64,000 nucleotides of DNA from Nitrospirales bacterium (lineage in GTDB: Bacteria > Nitrospirota > Nitrospiria > Nitrospirales > UBA8639): assembly GCA_965203295.1 (NCBI GenBank), contig CBDBCZ010000019.1, forward strand, positions 512,001 to 576,000, in the 5' to 3' direction. The position numbers and the translations under genes were made by a program. Shown in pieces: positions 42,141 to 52,800 of this stretch. Below the pieces are notes generated by a model. The model was not told the DNA's origin and searched no databases. It worked only from the letters and a program-made list of their open reading frames with translations. Positions within the stretch are counted from its first letter, which is position 1; the number at the start of each line of letters is the position of its first letter.

Positions 42141-42422
42141 TTAATGATTGTTTAAGAGTTCCTTTATTTCTTTACCGGCTTTGAAAAAGGGAATACGTTT
42201 TTCAGGAACGACAACGGTTTCACCTGTTTTGGGATTCCGACCGTCCTTGTTCCGTCTAATTCGGATTCGAAAACTTCCAAATCCGCGAATCTCCGTTTTC
42301 TCTCCCCTTTGAAGGGCATCCCGAATGGAATCAAAAATACAGTTGACGATCGATTCGGCTTCCTTCCGATTGAGTGTGGAAGCTTTGGCTGTGACCTTCT
42401 CAATTAGGTGAGCTTTTGTCAT
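42141..42422 (-). CDS. ihfB: Integration host factor beta / HU-family protein
   Basis: EIRGFGSF, GRNPKTG and PFFKAGKE; position after rpsA-sppA. Confidence 0.9.
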   Translation of the reverse strand: MTKAHLIEKVTAKASTLNRKEAESIVNCIFDSIRDALQRGEKTEIRGFGSFRIRIRRNKDGRNPKTGETVVVPEKRIPFFKAGKEIKELLNNH

Positions 42423-42511
42423 CTCCCATCTCCTCTTCTAGGTCTCCTTTGGCGTGCTAATCATGGAAGGGGATTGGCCCCGTTATTTCTACCTCTATCG
42501 ACTCTTTGAAT

Positions 42512-43411
42512 CTACAATGGCATCAAATACATGAGGTTCACGCCAGAGAGGCTAGGTATCCCTGAAGCCGTACCAAAAATTTTATTAGAGAGAAGTTCAC
42601 GAAATGAAAAACGCCTGGAAGGCTCAACAATCAGCGGCGGTTGGGGTACTCCAGACATATCGGCAGCCACCTTGATTGCGTCATGAAGATCGCCAAGTTC
42701 ATCGATCAAGAGAATATCTTTGGCTTGTTGGCCGGTGAAAATTCGACCATCGGAGAGCGATTCAACATCGGCAACATCTAAGGACCGCCCTTCCGCTACC
42801 GCTTCGATAAATTGGCGATGGACATCATCCATGACGGATTCTAAGAGCTCGCGATCTTGCTCATTCATCGGACGAAACGGTGATCCGACATCCTTAAACC
42901 GCCCAGTTTTAATCACTTCACTATGTACTCCAATTTTTTTCAGTAATTCCTCGAAGTTGGCCAATTGCATGATGACGCCGATGCTGCCGGTCAAGGTGCC
43001 GGGATTCGCCAAAATGCGGTCAGCTGCCACGGCAATGTAATATCCCCCAGAGGCTGCAACGGTGCCCATCGATGCCACCACAGGTTTTCCATATCGGCTT
43101 CTGAGCCGCTTGACGGCATTGTAAATTTCCTGTGATGAAGCCACCCCTCCACCTGGACTATCAATGCGTAAGACAATGGCTTTCACGAGAGGGGACTCCC
43201 CGTATGTTTCGAGATCCTGCACTGTGGCTTGAGAGTCAAGAATGGCTCCTTCGACACGAACAAGGGCAATGCGCTCTTTGCCCATTGAAGATAACTCAGG
43301 AAAAAGAGCTTTCCCCAGCATCGTCAGAACCAAGGCGCTGGCGAGCATCCAAAAAATTCGCCGCCATCGTGAAGGGGATTTGCCAGAGGATTTTGATTCG
43401 GCTTCAGCCAT
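42512..43411 (-). CDS. sppA: Signal peptide peptidase SppA (S49)
   Basis: RIDSPGG, AASGGYY and TGSIGV motifs. Confidence 0.95.
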   Translation of the reverse strand: MAEAESKSSGKSPSRWRRIFWMLASALVLTMLGKALFPELSSMGKERIALVRVEGAILDSQATVQDLETYGESPLVKAIVLRIDSPGGGVASSQEIYNAVKRLRSRYGKPVVASMGTVAASGGYYIAVAADRILANPGTLTGSIGVIMQLANFEELLKKIGVHSEVIKTGRFKDVGSPFRPMNEQDRELLESVMDDVHRQFIEAVAEGRSLDVADVESLSDGRIFTGQQAKDILLIDELGDLHDAIKVAADMSGVPQPPLIVEPSRRFSFRELLSNKIFGTASGIPSLSGVNLMYLMPL

Positions 43412-43435
43412 TGTTTCGCCTTTGTCAAATACTCT

Positions 43436-45151
43436 TTATGATTCCGTTGGCTCTTCAGGCGCTTCAGACTCTTTCGCCTGAGTCGCTCGACCCAAGGTCT
43501 GATCCACATCTCCCTGCGTCGAATGGAATTCTTGAAGTTCCAAACTCTCGGTCTCTTGAACATATTCCCGAAGGCTGAGCGCGATTTTTCGCTCCTCACA
43601 ATCGACTTTGACGACTTTGGCGGTAATGGTATCACCAGGATGAAATTTGTCCTCTAACCGAGTATGGGCCTCTTGCCCTGCCTCACTCACATGAATGAGC
43701 CCTTCGATACCACCTTCGAGTTCAACAAAAATCCCAAAGTCAGCAATTTTGGATATCGTTCCCTGGGCGAGTCCGCCAACCTGATAACGGGCTGGGATAT
43801 CAGTTTCCCAAGGATCAGCAGTCAGTTGTTTATACCCCAAGGAGAGCCGTTCCTTTTCTTTGTCAATCCGAAGAATGATGGCTTCGACGCGTTGCCCTTT
43901 TTTAAACAGCTCCGAAGGATGTTTGATATGCTTCGTCCAAGACATATCTGAAATATGAATGAGTCCGTCAATTCCTTCTTCCAATCCAACGAAAGCACCA
44001 AAGTCAGTGACGCTTTTCACTTTACCTTCAATTTGCGTTCCAACGGGATAGCGGGATTGAATAATATCCCATGGATTGGGTGCGGTTTGTTTCATACCGA
44101 GAGAGATTTTTCGTCCCTGTTGGTCAACGTGGAGGACTTGGGCTTCAATTTCATCTCCAACCGATACCATCCGAGAGGGGTGGCGTACATCATGAGTCCA
44201 AGACATTTCCGATACATGGACTAGACCTTCTACTCCAGGGACAAGTTCCACGAATGCTCCATAATCTGTTAAGCTCACGGCTTTCCCTTTCACCCGAGTC
44301 CCTTCTGGATACTTTTCGGCCACATTTGTCCACGGATCGGCCGTTTTCTGCTTAAGCCCTAGCGAAATCCGACCCGACTCTCGATCATATTTGAGAACCA
44401 GGACTTCTAATTTGTCCCGCACGGAAAACATATCTGAGGGATGCCCGACACGACCCCACGAAATGTCAGTAATGTGGAGAAGTCCATCGATCCCACCCAG
44501 ATCCAGAAAGGCTCCATAATCAGTGATGTTTTTCACAGTCCCTTCGATCAATTGTCCTTCAGAAAGAGTCGAGAGAGTCGTTTGGCGTTTCTTATTTCTT
44601 GACTCCTCAAGTAGGCTCCGACGTGAAATTACGACATTTCCACGTCGGTGATTAATCTTGATGATTTTAAAGGGAAAAGTTTTGCCAACGAGGCCATCAA
44701 GATCACGAACTGGGGTTAAATCAATTTGTGATCCCGGGAGAAAGGCCTTGACCCCGATATCCACCATCATCCCGCCTTTGATCCGGGATATGACTTTGCC
44801 TTCGACATCACGATCTTCTTTGTGGGCGAGCTCCAACTCTTCCCACGTTTTCATCTTGTCAGCTTTTTCCTTGGAAAGCACCAAATTGCCCTCAGCGTCT
44901 TCACGTTGTTCGATATACACTTGGATTTTGTCGCCAAGGGAAAGGGAGGCTAGTTCATCAGGCATAAATTGGACATTGGAAATGATCCCTTCCGATTTAT
45001 ATCCAATATCAACGATTACCTTATCTTTTTGAATAGCGACCACACGTCCTTCTGTGATCGTCCCTTCTTCAAAATTACGAAAAGTCTCTTCATAGAGCGC
45101 CGCAAGTGTTCCTGGGTCCATTTCTTCCATGGGATCTTTCGCAATATCCAT
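43436..45151 (-). CDS. rpsA: 30S ribosomal protein S1
   Basis: Six S1 repeats (e.g. ITDYGAFLDLGGIDGLLH). Confidence 0.98.
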   Translation of the reverse strand: MDIAKDPMEEMDPGTLAALYEETFRNFEEGTITEGRVVAIQKDKVIVDIGYKSEGIISNVQFMPDELASLSLGDKIQVYIEQREDAEGNLVLSKEKADKMKTWEELELAHKEDRDVEGKVISRIKGGMMVDIGVKAFLPGSQIDLTPVRDLDGLVGKTFPFKIIKINHRRGNVVISRRSLLEESRNKKRQTTLSTLSEGQLIEGTVKNITDYGAFLDLGGIDGLLHITDISWGRVGHPSDMFSVRDKLEVLVLKYDRESGRISLGLKQKTADPWTNVAEKYPEGTRVKGKAVSLTDYGAFVELVPGVEGLVHVSEMSWTHDVRHPSRMVSVGDEIEAQVLHVDQQGRKISLGMKQTAPNPWDIIQSRYPVGTQIEGKVKSVTDFGAFVGLEEGIDGLIHISDMSWTKHIKHPSELFKKGQRVEAIILRIDKEKERLSLGYKQLTADPWETDIPARYQVGGLAQGTISKIADFGIFVELEGGIEGLIHVSEAGQEAHTRLEDKFHPGDTITAKVVKVDCEERKIALSLREYVQETESLELQEFHSTQGDVDQTLGRATQAKESEAPEEPTES

Positions 45152-45192
45152 TCCGAATCCTTACTTACCACTCGCGAATATTCGCTGTGGGT

Positions 45193-45885
45193 TTATGGCG
45201 TTCCTACCGGTCCTGAATACGTGGGTGAAGGGGTAGCCTGGGTTGACGATAGTGGATCAGCTGGTTGTTCCACGTGACCTAATTCAGCGATCCGTTGCAT
45301 CACAGTTTGACTGACATGATAATAAAATTCTTTATCCTTAGAGACAGTTGAATTTCTCTGAAAATTGATTGGCTCTCCGAACGTGACGGAAACTGGATGA
45401 AGCCTTATCCGCGTCGAACCCATCGGCAAGACCTTGAATGTGCCTCCGATATGAACAGGGACCACAGAGCACCCTGTTTCCGCAACCAGGATTCCGATCC
45501 CAGGCCTCCCGGGTTGTAACTTTCCATCTGGGGTTCGCGTGCCTTCAGGGAATATCACCACGGGTTTTCCTTCTTTAAGAAGATAGCTTGCTTGCTGAAA
45601 AGCTTTTCGATCGAGTCGATCCGTTTTGAGCGGAATCCAACCAAGCCACCTCGTGATCCAATTCACCAAAGGGTTTGGAAATAAACTGGATCGTCCTAAA
45701 TAATATAAACGCCGACGGACGCCACATCCCAAAAGAGGGATGTCCGCATAGCTCGCATGATTTGAAGCCAGAAGAATTCCGCCATTGGGAGGGGTATTTT
45801 CAGTTCCTATGGAACGATATCGTAGGAAGATCCGACTCAGAATACGGACTAGGACCCAAAGGATCCCATAGACCAGGCTACTCAC
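45193..45885 (-). CDS. plsC: 1-acyl-sn-glycerol-3-phosphate acyltransferase
   Basis: NHASYAD and FPEGTR motifs. Confidence 0.9.
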   Translation of the reverse strand: MSSLVYGILWVLVRILSRIFLRYRSIGTENTPPNGGILLASNHASYADIPLLGCGVRRRLYYLGRSSLFPNPLVNWITRWLGWIPLKTDRLDRKAFQQASYLLKEGKPVVIFPEGTRTPDGKLQPGRPGIGILVAETGCSVVPVHIGGTFKVLPMGSTRIRLHPVSVTFGEPINFQRNSTVSKDKEFYYHVSQTVMQRIAELGHVEQPADPLSSTQATPSPTYSGPVGTP

Positions 45886-46562
45886 GATTGAGTCGGAATC
45901 AGCTCCAACATTTTCTCAACGATCTGAGCGGCTGTGAGACTTGAGGAATCGATCACCACGGCATCAGGTGCTGGCTTTAATGGAGCGATTGCTCGAGAAC
46001 GATCCCGGGCATCACGATTCATGACTTCCTTTTGTACATTCTCCCGACTCAGGCGATGACCGGCTTGTAGTCCATCTTGGTAACGACGGCGAGTCCGGGT
46101 TTCTATATCAGCATCAAGAAAGAACTTTACGTCTGCTGTCGGAAAAACTCTGGTCCCCATATCACGGCCTTCGGCAACAATCCCACCTTGAGATCCAAAT
46201 TCTTGCTGATAGGGAAGGAGCCAGTCTCGCACTTCAGGAATGGCGGCAACTGAAGAAGCACCCTGACTAATTTCCGGAGACCGAAGGTGTTCAGTTACAT
46301 CTTGGGAATAAACGGAAACACGAAGTTCTTTTTCAGTAGAGCAGATTTGGAGGTCCATAGAGGTTAACAACGCTGTAATTTGAGTGACGTCTGAAGGTTC
46401 GACTCTTTTTGTGATTACGAACCAGGCCACTGCTCGATACAGAACACCGGTATCAAGGTACTGATACCTAAGTCGTGAAGCCAAAAGTTTGGCTGTCGTA
46501 CTTTTTCCTGCTCCTGCAGGGCCATCAATTGTGATAGTTAGCCGAGACGTAGGAGCATCCAA
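45882..46562 (-). CDS. cmk: Cytidylate kinase
   Basis: IDGPAGAGKST, EGRDMGT and RDARD motifs. Confidence 0.96.
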   Translation of the reverse strand: MDAPTSRLTITIDGPAGAGKSTTAKLLASRLRYQYLDTGVLYRAVAWFVITKRVEPSDVTQITALLTSMDLQICSTEKELRVSVYSQDVTEHLRSPEISQGASSVAAIPEVRDWLLPYQQEFGSQGGIVAEGRDMGTRVFPTADVKFFLDADIETRTRRRYQDGLQAGHRLSRENVQKEVMNRDARDRSRAIAPLKPAPDAVVIDSSSLTAAQIVEKMLELIPTQS

Positions 46563-46602
46563 CCAGAATTAACCAGTAAAAAGGTTATTATTATAGAATT
46601 CA

Positions 46603-47895
46603 TCATGAATTTGTCAATAATTCCAATAAGTTGGCGTGAAATCCAGGGAAGGAAGTCTCGATACAGGCAGTATCCGATATAGTCGTGGGGGAGTCAGCGG
46701 TTAATGCAGCAATAGCCACGGACATGGCAACACGGTGATCTCCGTAACTGGAGCAGGAATTGCCTCGAATTTGTGCAGGACCTTCAATAATGAAGCCATC
46801 AGGGGTCTCTTCAATCGCGACTTGTAATTTCTTAAGTTCAGTGGTCATGGCATGGATCCGATCCGTCTCTTTAACACGAAGTTCTTTCGCCCCGGTGATC
46901 GTGGTCTTGCCTTTGGCAAGGGCGGCAGCGACACAAAGGATAGGAAGCTCATCGATTGTTTTGGGGACTTGCTCAGGTCCAATGGAAATTCCGTGAAGTG
47001 TGGAAGATCGAACTCGCAAATCAGCTATGGGTTCACCTGCTTCTTCACGAAGATTGATGATCTGAATGTCTGCCCCCATGGATTCGAGAATCTCAAGAAT
47101 TCCTGTCCGGGCATGGTTCATGCCTATGTTTTGAATCAAGACCTCGGAATGCGGAACGACGGACGCGGCTACAAGAAAGAACGCGGCGGCAGACATGTCA
47201 CCGGGGACGGTGAAAGCTTTTCCAGAAAAGGAAACATCTCCGCGAAGCCGTGTCGTCAAGCCCTCCTGTTCGAATGGAATGTTCAAGAATTGAAACATTC
47301 GTTCGGTATGGTCTCGAGAGAGACGAGGTTCTGTGAAACTGGTTGTCTCCTCAGCAAGTAACCCGGCAAGGAGTACAGCCGACTTGACCTGGGCGCTGGA
47401 TACAGGAGACACAAAATGTATTCCTCGAAGTCGTCCTCCCGTGATAGCGAGGGGGGCCAATTCTCCGCCTTTTCTTCCATAGATATGTGCACCCATTAAC
47501 CGAAGAGGTGTGACGATGCGACCCATAGGTCGTGTTCGGAGAGAGTCGTCTCCAGTCAGGACGGAAAAAAAGTCTTGGCCGGCAAGGACTCCACTGAGCA
47601 GGCGAAATCCGGTTCCAGAGTTGCCGCAATCCAAGGGAGCGGACGGCTCCGTCATTCCCCATAAGCCTTTTCCGGAAACTGTTAAAGCATGGGCTTGTTC
47701 TTCAATGGGTATGCCTAATGCTTGGAGACACCGCATGGTACTGAGACAATCTTCACCCTTGGAATGACCAGAAATAATGGATTGACCATCGGCCAAGGCA
47801 CTCAGGATCAGAGCCCGATGGGTGATGGATTTATCGCCAGGGAGGGTCAGGACCCCTCGGAGGGGACCTTTGGGTGTAATAGTCAGAGCGTTCAT
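46603..47895 (-). CDS. aroA: EPSP synthase (class II)
   Basis: GDKSITHR, CGNSGT, SAQVKSA, ELRVKETDRI and DHRVAM. Confidence 0.97.
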   Translation of the reverse strand: MNALTITPKGPLRGVLTLPGDKSITHRALILSALADGQSIISGHSKGEDCLSTMRCLQALGIPIEEQAHALTVSGKGLWGMTEPSAPLDCGNSGTGFRLLSGVLAGQDFFSVLTGDDSLRTRPMGRIVTPLRLMGAHIYGRKGGELAPLAITGGRLRGIHFVSPVSSAQVKSAVLLAGLLAEETTSFTEPRLSRDHTERMFQFLNIPFEQEGLTTRLRGDVSFSGKAFTVPGDMSAAAFFLVAASVVPHSEVLIQNIGMNHARTGILEILESMGADIQIINLREEAGEPIADLRVRSSTLHGISIGPEQVPKTIDELPILCVAAALAKGKTTITGAKELRVKETDRIHAMTTELKKLQVAIEETPDGFIIEGPAQIRGNSCSSYGDHRVAMSVAIAALTADSPTTISDTACIETSFPGFHANLLELLTNS

Positions 47896-48764
47896 GTGAT
47901 TCGATTTCGTGATTCTCTGGCCTGGATCATCATATTTTCCAGTCCATGAGGATCCTGGGCTTTCAAAAGTTCTTTGTACTGCTGAAGGTGCTTTTCATAC
48001 ATGTCAATTAATTTGAGAAGGTTGTCGCGGTTCCATAAACAAATATCTCTCCACATTTCAGGTGAGCTTGCCGCAATGCGAGTTGTGTCACGAAGGCCTC
48101 CGCCGGCAAAAGCCAAAAGGTCCACCTCATCTTGAGTGTTATTTTCAATGTCGCTGAGAGCATTCATGAGTGCAAAGGCTGCAATATGAGGAAGGTGGCT
48201 CACGGCGCCAAAAATCCAGTCATGAAGAAAAGGATCGAGCATGACAATTTTCGATCCCACGGTTTTCCAAAGGTCTTGAATGGCTGCAAGCGCGTCTGCG
48301 TCGGTCTTGCTTGTCGGGGTCACAATACATGTTGCTCCACGGAATAGGTCAGGGTCTCCTGCTATGACTCCAGACTTTTCCTTCCCGGCTATTGGATGAG
48401 CTCCGACAAACCGAACGTGGGGTGGGAGTAAGTGCTCGGCTTGTTCGACTAACAGGCCTTTGACACTGCCCACATCACTGACAATGGTATCTGATTGGAG
48501 CAATTTGCCCCATTTTTGGAAATGGGCTTGGTAACTTTCTACCGGTGTGGCGACAATGACAAGGTCAGTTCCTTTCAATGCAGGAGCAGGTTCCTGCTCA
48601 TATCGGTCAATAGCTCCTATTTTGACCGCTAACTCAAGGTTACTGAGGCTGCGCCCAAGGCCCACTACCCGGTCTGCCAGGCCATCACGTTTCAACGCCA
48701 TGCCCAAGGATCCGCCAATCAGACCGACGCCGACTATGGTGACTTGCTCAAAATAAATGCTCAT
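47892..48764 (-). CDS. tyrA: Prephenate/arogenate dehydrogenase
   Basis: GVGLIGGS, DVGSVK, HPIAG, SHLPH and DTTRIA. Confidence 0.95.
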   Translation of the reverse strand: MSIYFEQVTIVGVGLIGGSLGMALKRDGLADRVVGLGRSLSNLELAVKIGAIDRYEQEPAPALKGTDLVIVATPVESYQAHFQKWGKLLQSDTIVSDVGSVKGLLVEQAEHLLPPHVRFVGAHPIAGKEKSGVIAGDPDLFRGATCIVTPTSKTDADALAAIQDLWKTVGSKIVMLDPFLHDWIFGAVSHLPHIAAFALMNALSDIENNTQDEVDLLAFAGGGLRDTTRIAASSPEMWRDICLWNRDNLLKLIDMYEKHLQQYKELLKAQDPHGLENMMIQARESRNRIT

Positions 48765-48831
48765 GGTGCGAGGAGTGAGAGAATCTCTAAATTAAGAAAC
48801 GGTGGGTTGATTGAGACGGGTCTTACCAGGT

Positions 48832-49845
48832 TTATAATTCTCTCCCAACCGCCTCCGCGACTTTTTTCAGGTCATCCATCAAATCCTTAAACCGGTTAGG
48901 TTTGATGGATTCTTCGCCGTCACAAAGAGCGCATTCAGGATTTGAGTGTACTTCGATAAGAAGCCCATCCGCACCAGCAGCAATGGCTGCCTTGGCCATG
49001 GGTGCCACAAGCGCCCACTTCCCTGTCGCATGGCTGGGATCGACGATCACAGGTAAATGAGACATATCTTTTAATGTTGGGACAGCAGAAAGATCCAGAG
49101 TATTGCGGTATTGGGTCTCGAAGGTCCGGATTCCGCGTTCGCACAGCATCACATTTCGGTTCCCACGAGACATGATGTATTCAGCCGACAATAAAAATTC
49201 TTTGATCGTGGCTGACAAGCCACGTTTCAACAATACTGGTTTATCATACGCCCCCACTTCTTTGAGCAGTTCAAAATTTTGCATGTTGCGTGCGCCGATT
49301 TGAATCACATCGGCTTTTTCGAGAAAGGCGTCGGTATCCCGAGGATCAATGATTTCGCTCACAATCGGGAGGCCTGTTTGATTTCGGGCTTCGACTAAAT
49401 AATCGAGCCCTTCGCGCCCCAACCCTTGAAAGGAATACGGGGAGGTGCGTGGCTTATAGGCTCCTCCTCTTAAGATATGTCCTCCTCCCGCTTTCACGTC
49501 ATGAGCGATTCCAACGGTCAGTTCAAGCTTTTCGATCGCGCAGGGTCCTGCCATGATGGCCAACCGTTTTCCCCCAATGGGAATCCCACTCACATCAATA
49601 ACGGTGTCCTGTTTTTGGAATTCCCGGCTGACGAGCTTCCAGGGGGCAAGGATAGGGGTCACGCTTTCAACTCCAGGAAATACGCTCAAGGGTTGATTAT
49701 CGAGAATCCGCTCGTCCCCGATCACTCCGATGATGGTTCGCTCCTCACCACGTGAAATTTTGGTCCGTAACCCCAGTTCCCTGAGCCGGTCAGTCACATG
49801 GTCGATATCGTGCTCTGTGGCTTGGGGTTTGAACACAATAATCAT
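48832..49845 (-). CDS. aroF: DAHP synthase (type I-beta)
   Basis: AGPCA, GAYKPRTSPYSFQG, IGARNMQN and VDPSH. Confidence 0.96.
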   Translation of the reverse strand: MIIVFKPQATEHDIDHVTDRLRELGLRTKISRGEERTIIGVIGDERILDNQPLSVFPGVESVTPILAPWKLVSREFQKQDTVIDVSGIPIGGKRLAIMAGPCAIEKLELTVGIAHDVKAGGGHILRGGAYKPRTSPYSFQGLGREGLDYLVEARNQTGLPIVSEIIDPRDTDAFLEKADVIQIGARNMQNFELLKEVGAYDKPVLLKRGLSATIKEFLLSAEYIMSRGNRNVMLCERGIRTFETQYRNTLDLSAVPTLKDMSHLPVIVDPSHATGKWALVAPMAKAAIAAGADGLLIEVHSNPECALCDGEESIKPNRFKDLMDDLKKVAEAVGREL

Positions 49846-50954
49846 TCAGGTTTCCTTCCTTGACTGGTATCCGGTGTTTCTTGAAGCACGGTGGCCAGGG
49901 CTTGGAGGAACCGGCGGTTTTCTTCTGGCTGGCCGATGGTGACTCGGATCATGGAACCAGAAATATGTCGAACAATCACTCCTTGCCGGAGCAATCGGTC
50001 AAAGATGACCTTCCCATCTTGGTGAGTATCGAAATACAAAAAGTTCGCTTGACTAGGAAGAGACTGAAATCCCAGGTCCTGAAGGCCTCGTTCGACGAGG
50101 GCCATCTCGGTTTCATTCACAGTCCGACTTGTAGTGACATGGTCCTCGTCGGTTAAGGCCGCTAACGCAGCCTGCTGGGCGAGGCTATTCGTATTAAATG
50201 GTGGGCGAACACGATTGAGATAATTACTAATCTCTGGAGTGGTGATTCCATATCCAATGCGAAGACCAGCCAACCCATAAATTTTAGAAAAAGTTCGAAG
50301 CACAATGGCTTGACGGTTTTGTTTCACGAATTCGAGTGTATCCGGGAAGTCTGGATCCCGGACGTATTCATAATACGCTTCGTCAAATACGACAATGACA
50401 TGATCGGGAACTTGAGCCATGAGAGATTGAACTTCTGATGCGGTCACCATTGTCCCCGTTGGGTTGTTTGGGTTGCACACGAACAAAAGGCGGGTTCGAT
50501 CGGTGATGGCTTTGATTATGGCAGGGAGATCGTGACGCCAATCAAGCAAGGGAACTTCAATCGGAACTCCATGTCCTCCCTTAACCGATAATTTGTACAT
50601 GACAAACGTGTGATCCGCCATAATGGCTTCATCGCCGGGAGCCAAAAAGGCTTTCACAAGGAGACTGATGATTTCATCAGAGCCATTGCCAACCACAATA
50701 TGCTGAGGTGACATCTTCCATCGCTCGGCAAGGGCTTGTGTCAGATGGTGAGCCCCACCATCCGGATAACGATTGCAGGTGTTGGCGCTACCCTTTAGGA
50801 CTGCCATGGCTTTTGGAGAAGGGCCTAAAAGATTCTCATTCGAAGCCAGTTTAATCGCATTCGTAATCCCAAGGTCTCGTTCCAGTTCATCAAGGGGTTT
50901 CCCGGGTGAATACGGGACGAGGCTGGCAATGTCGGGGTGAATGTTTAGTGGCAT
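49842..50954 (-). CDS. hisC: Histidinol-phosphate/aromatic aminotransferase
   Basis: KLASNEN, NPNNPTG, DEAY and RTFSKIYGLAGLRIG. Confidence 0.96.
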   Translation of the reverse strand: MPLNIHPDIASLVPYSPGKPLDELERDLGITNAIKLASNENLLGPSPKAMAVLKGSANTCNRYPDGGAHHLTQALAERWKMSPQHIVVGNGSDEIISLLVKAFLAPGDEAIMADHTFVMYKLSVKGGHGVPIEVPLLDWRHDLPAIIKAITDRTRLLFVCNPNNPTGTMVTASEVQSLMAQVPDHVIVVFDEAYYEYVRDPDFPDTLEFVKQNRQAIVLRTFSKIYGLAGLRIGYGITTPEISNYLNRVRPPFNTNSLAQQAALAALTDEDHVTTSRTVNETEMALVERGLQDLGFQSLPSQANFLYFDTHQDGKVIFDRLLRQGVIVRHISGSMIRVTIGQPEENRRFLQALATVLQETPDTSQGRKPE

Positions 50955-51070
50955 AGGTCGTTCACCACGCTAAAGATCCTGAAAGTCCGTGAGGACATTC
51001 CATAACTCGAGGGTGGGGTCACCATGATCGTTGATCAATCTAGACAGGTTCAAGGGCTGAGATGACCCCT

Positions 51071-52162
51071 TCATGAGTGGGTTGGATAGGAACCCAGGAT
51101 TTTTAAGAATAAACAACGCCCTTTTATTTCTTCAAGCGCCTTGCGAATTCGGTCTTCTTCGCTATGCCCTTCAACGTCGACGAAGAAGATGTACTCCCAA
51201 GCTTTTCGGCGAGAAGGGCGCGACTCGATTTTGGTCATGTTCACTCCGTGAGACGCGAAAGGACGGAGAAGGTCGTACAGGGCTCCGGCTTTATCCTTGA
51301 CCGACAACATGATAGAAGTTTTATCCTTACCGGTCCGTTCAGATGAATAACGAGAAAGGATCAAGAAGCGCGTGAAATTATTGATGTTGTCCTCTATATG
51401 GGACTTAAGAATCGGCAAACCATAGAGTTGGGCCGCAAGGTCTGATGCAATGGCAGCGGCATCAGGTTCCTCAGTACAGATTTCTGCGGCTTTTGCGGTG
51501 CTGGGAGTTTCAGCAATCGTGATATTAGGGAGATTGGACTCTAACCAGTTTCGGCATTGGGCTATCGCATGAGGATGGGAGTAGATTTTATTAATGGTGT
51601 CAAGCTTGTGGCTTTTCGACATGAGATGGTGGGAGACCTCTTGCATGACCTCCCCATATATTAAGAGGTTGGAATCGATAAACATATCCAGTGTGTAATT
51701 CACAACCCCTTCAGTAGAATTTTCGATTGGTACGACCCCAAAGAGTGCGCGTCCCCGTTCCACTTCATCAAAGACATCTTTGATACCGTTCACCGGAACG
51801 CAATGGGCCGATTCTCCAAATTTTCGGAGGGCAGCTAAGTGGGTAAAGGTGGCTGAAGGCCCAAGGTACGCAACCGTTTGGAGTCCCTCAAGAGAGAGAG
51901 AGGCTGACATGATTTCCCGATAGACTGGTCGAATTGCAGTATTGGGGAAAGGTCCAGGATTTTTTTCAGTGAGCCTTTCAAGAATCGCGGTTTCCCGACC
52001 AGGAGTATGCAAGGGGGCGTTGGCGTTCGATTCCTTCTTCGCATGCCCAATGGCGATGACGTGTTTCGAACGTTCGTTGAGCAAACGAAGGATCTCATCG
52101 TCTAGCCGGTCAATCTCTTTTCGGGATTCATCGATTTTTGATCGGTCAGTCATAGGAGTCAC
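51071..52162 (-). CDS. pheA: Chorismate mutase / prephenate dehydratase
   Basis: N-terminal chorismate mutase domain, PIENSTEG, NFTRF and IESRP. Confidence 0.97.
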   Translation of the reverse strand: MTPMTDRSKIDESRKEIDRLDDEILRLLNERSKHVIAIGHAKKESNANAPLHTPGRETAILERLTEKNPGPFPNTAIRPVYREIMSASLSLEGLQTVAYLGPSATFTHLAALRKFGESAHCVPVNGIKDVFDEVERGRALFGVVPIENSTEGVVNYTLDMFIDSNLLIYGEVMQEVSHHLMSKSHKLDTINKIYSHPHAIAQCRNWLESNLPNITIAETPSTAKAAEICTEEPDAAAIASDLAAQLYGLPILKSHIEDNINNFTRFLILSRYSSERTGKDKTSIMLSVKDKAGALYDLLRPFASHGVNMTKIESRPSRRKAWEYIFFVDVEGHSEEDRIRKALEEIKGRCLFLKILGSYPTHS

Positions 52163-52585
52163 TTACAGTATTGATTCATCAATGGTCAACCTTAATGGTC
52201 AACATTACAGCATACGCGGAAAGTCGATTCAATTCAAGGACATAGGAGGAGTGGGTAGTGATCGTTTTTGATTTTAAGTTGGGTAATTTTGAATATTGAA
52301 ATTAAAATAATCGACGACAGATCTATCTCATGAAATTAGTTCCTATTGAGTGGGTTGATTCGCATTCTGGAAGAGGATGTCATAACGTCAAGCAAATTGA
52401 GCAGGGCGGCCGAACCTCTCTATTGTCGCTCCGTAGAATGACTTGTTTCTGAAAGAAACAATTTTAATGTGCTTGTTCCTCATATCGGTGGCGAGAAAAA
52501 TGGGGATGTATTTTTCCAAGGCTGTGGGTATATCACTATCCCCAAAGCCTCAATTGTAAAAATGAAAGTTCTCAGGCAGCGTTGA

Positions 52586-52735
52586 TTATTTCACGCCCTT
52601 GCCTGGCAGGGGAACCCTCTCAACAACCGTGGTATCCGGTCGCCTTCTTGCCTCCTCGACAGGAATGAACTGCCCATTTCTGGCATCCCGCCCTTTGAGG
52701 CTGGTTTGTGGTGATTTTTGTGGTTTTTTAGGCAT
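52586..52735 (-). CDS. 49-aa basic microprotein
   Basis: Purine-rich SD (AGGGGTGAAGG) before ATG 52735; GRDARNGQFIPVEEARRRPDTTVVE. Confidence 0.7.
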   Translation of the reverse strand: MPKKPQKSPQTSLKGRDARNGQFIPVEEARRRPDTTVVERVPLPGKGVK

Positions 52736-52800
52736 ACCTTCACCCCTTTCCTTTGGACTTATTACCATTTACTTCGCTCCTCCTCTCTGTGGCTTTTTCC

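Noticed and set aside
52181..52206. 13-bp tandem AATGGTCAAC(C/A)TT upstream of pheA as an attenuator or operator
   Set aside because: Only two units, and no Phe-rich leader peptide or terminator visible
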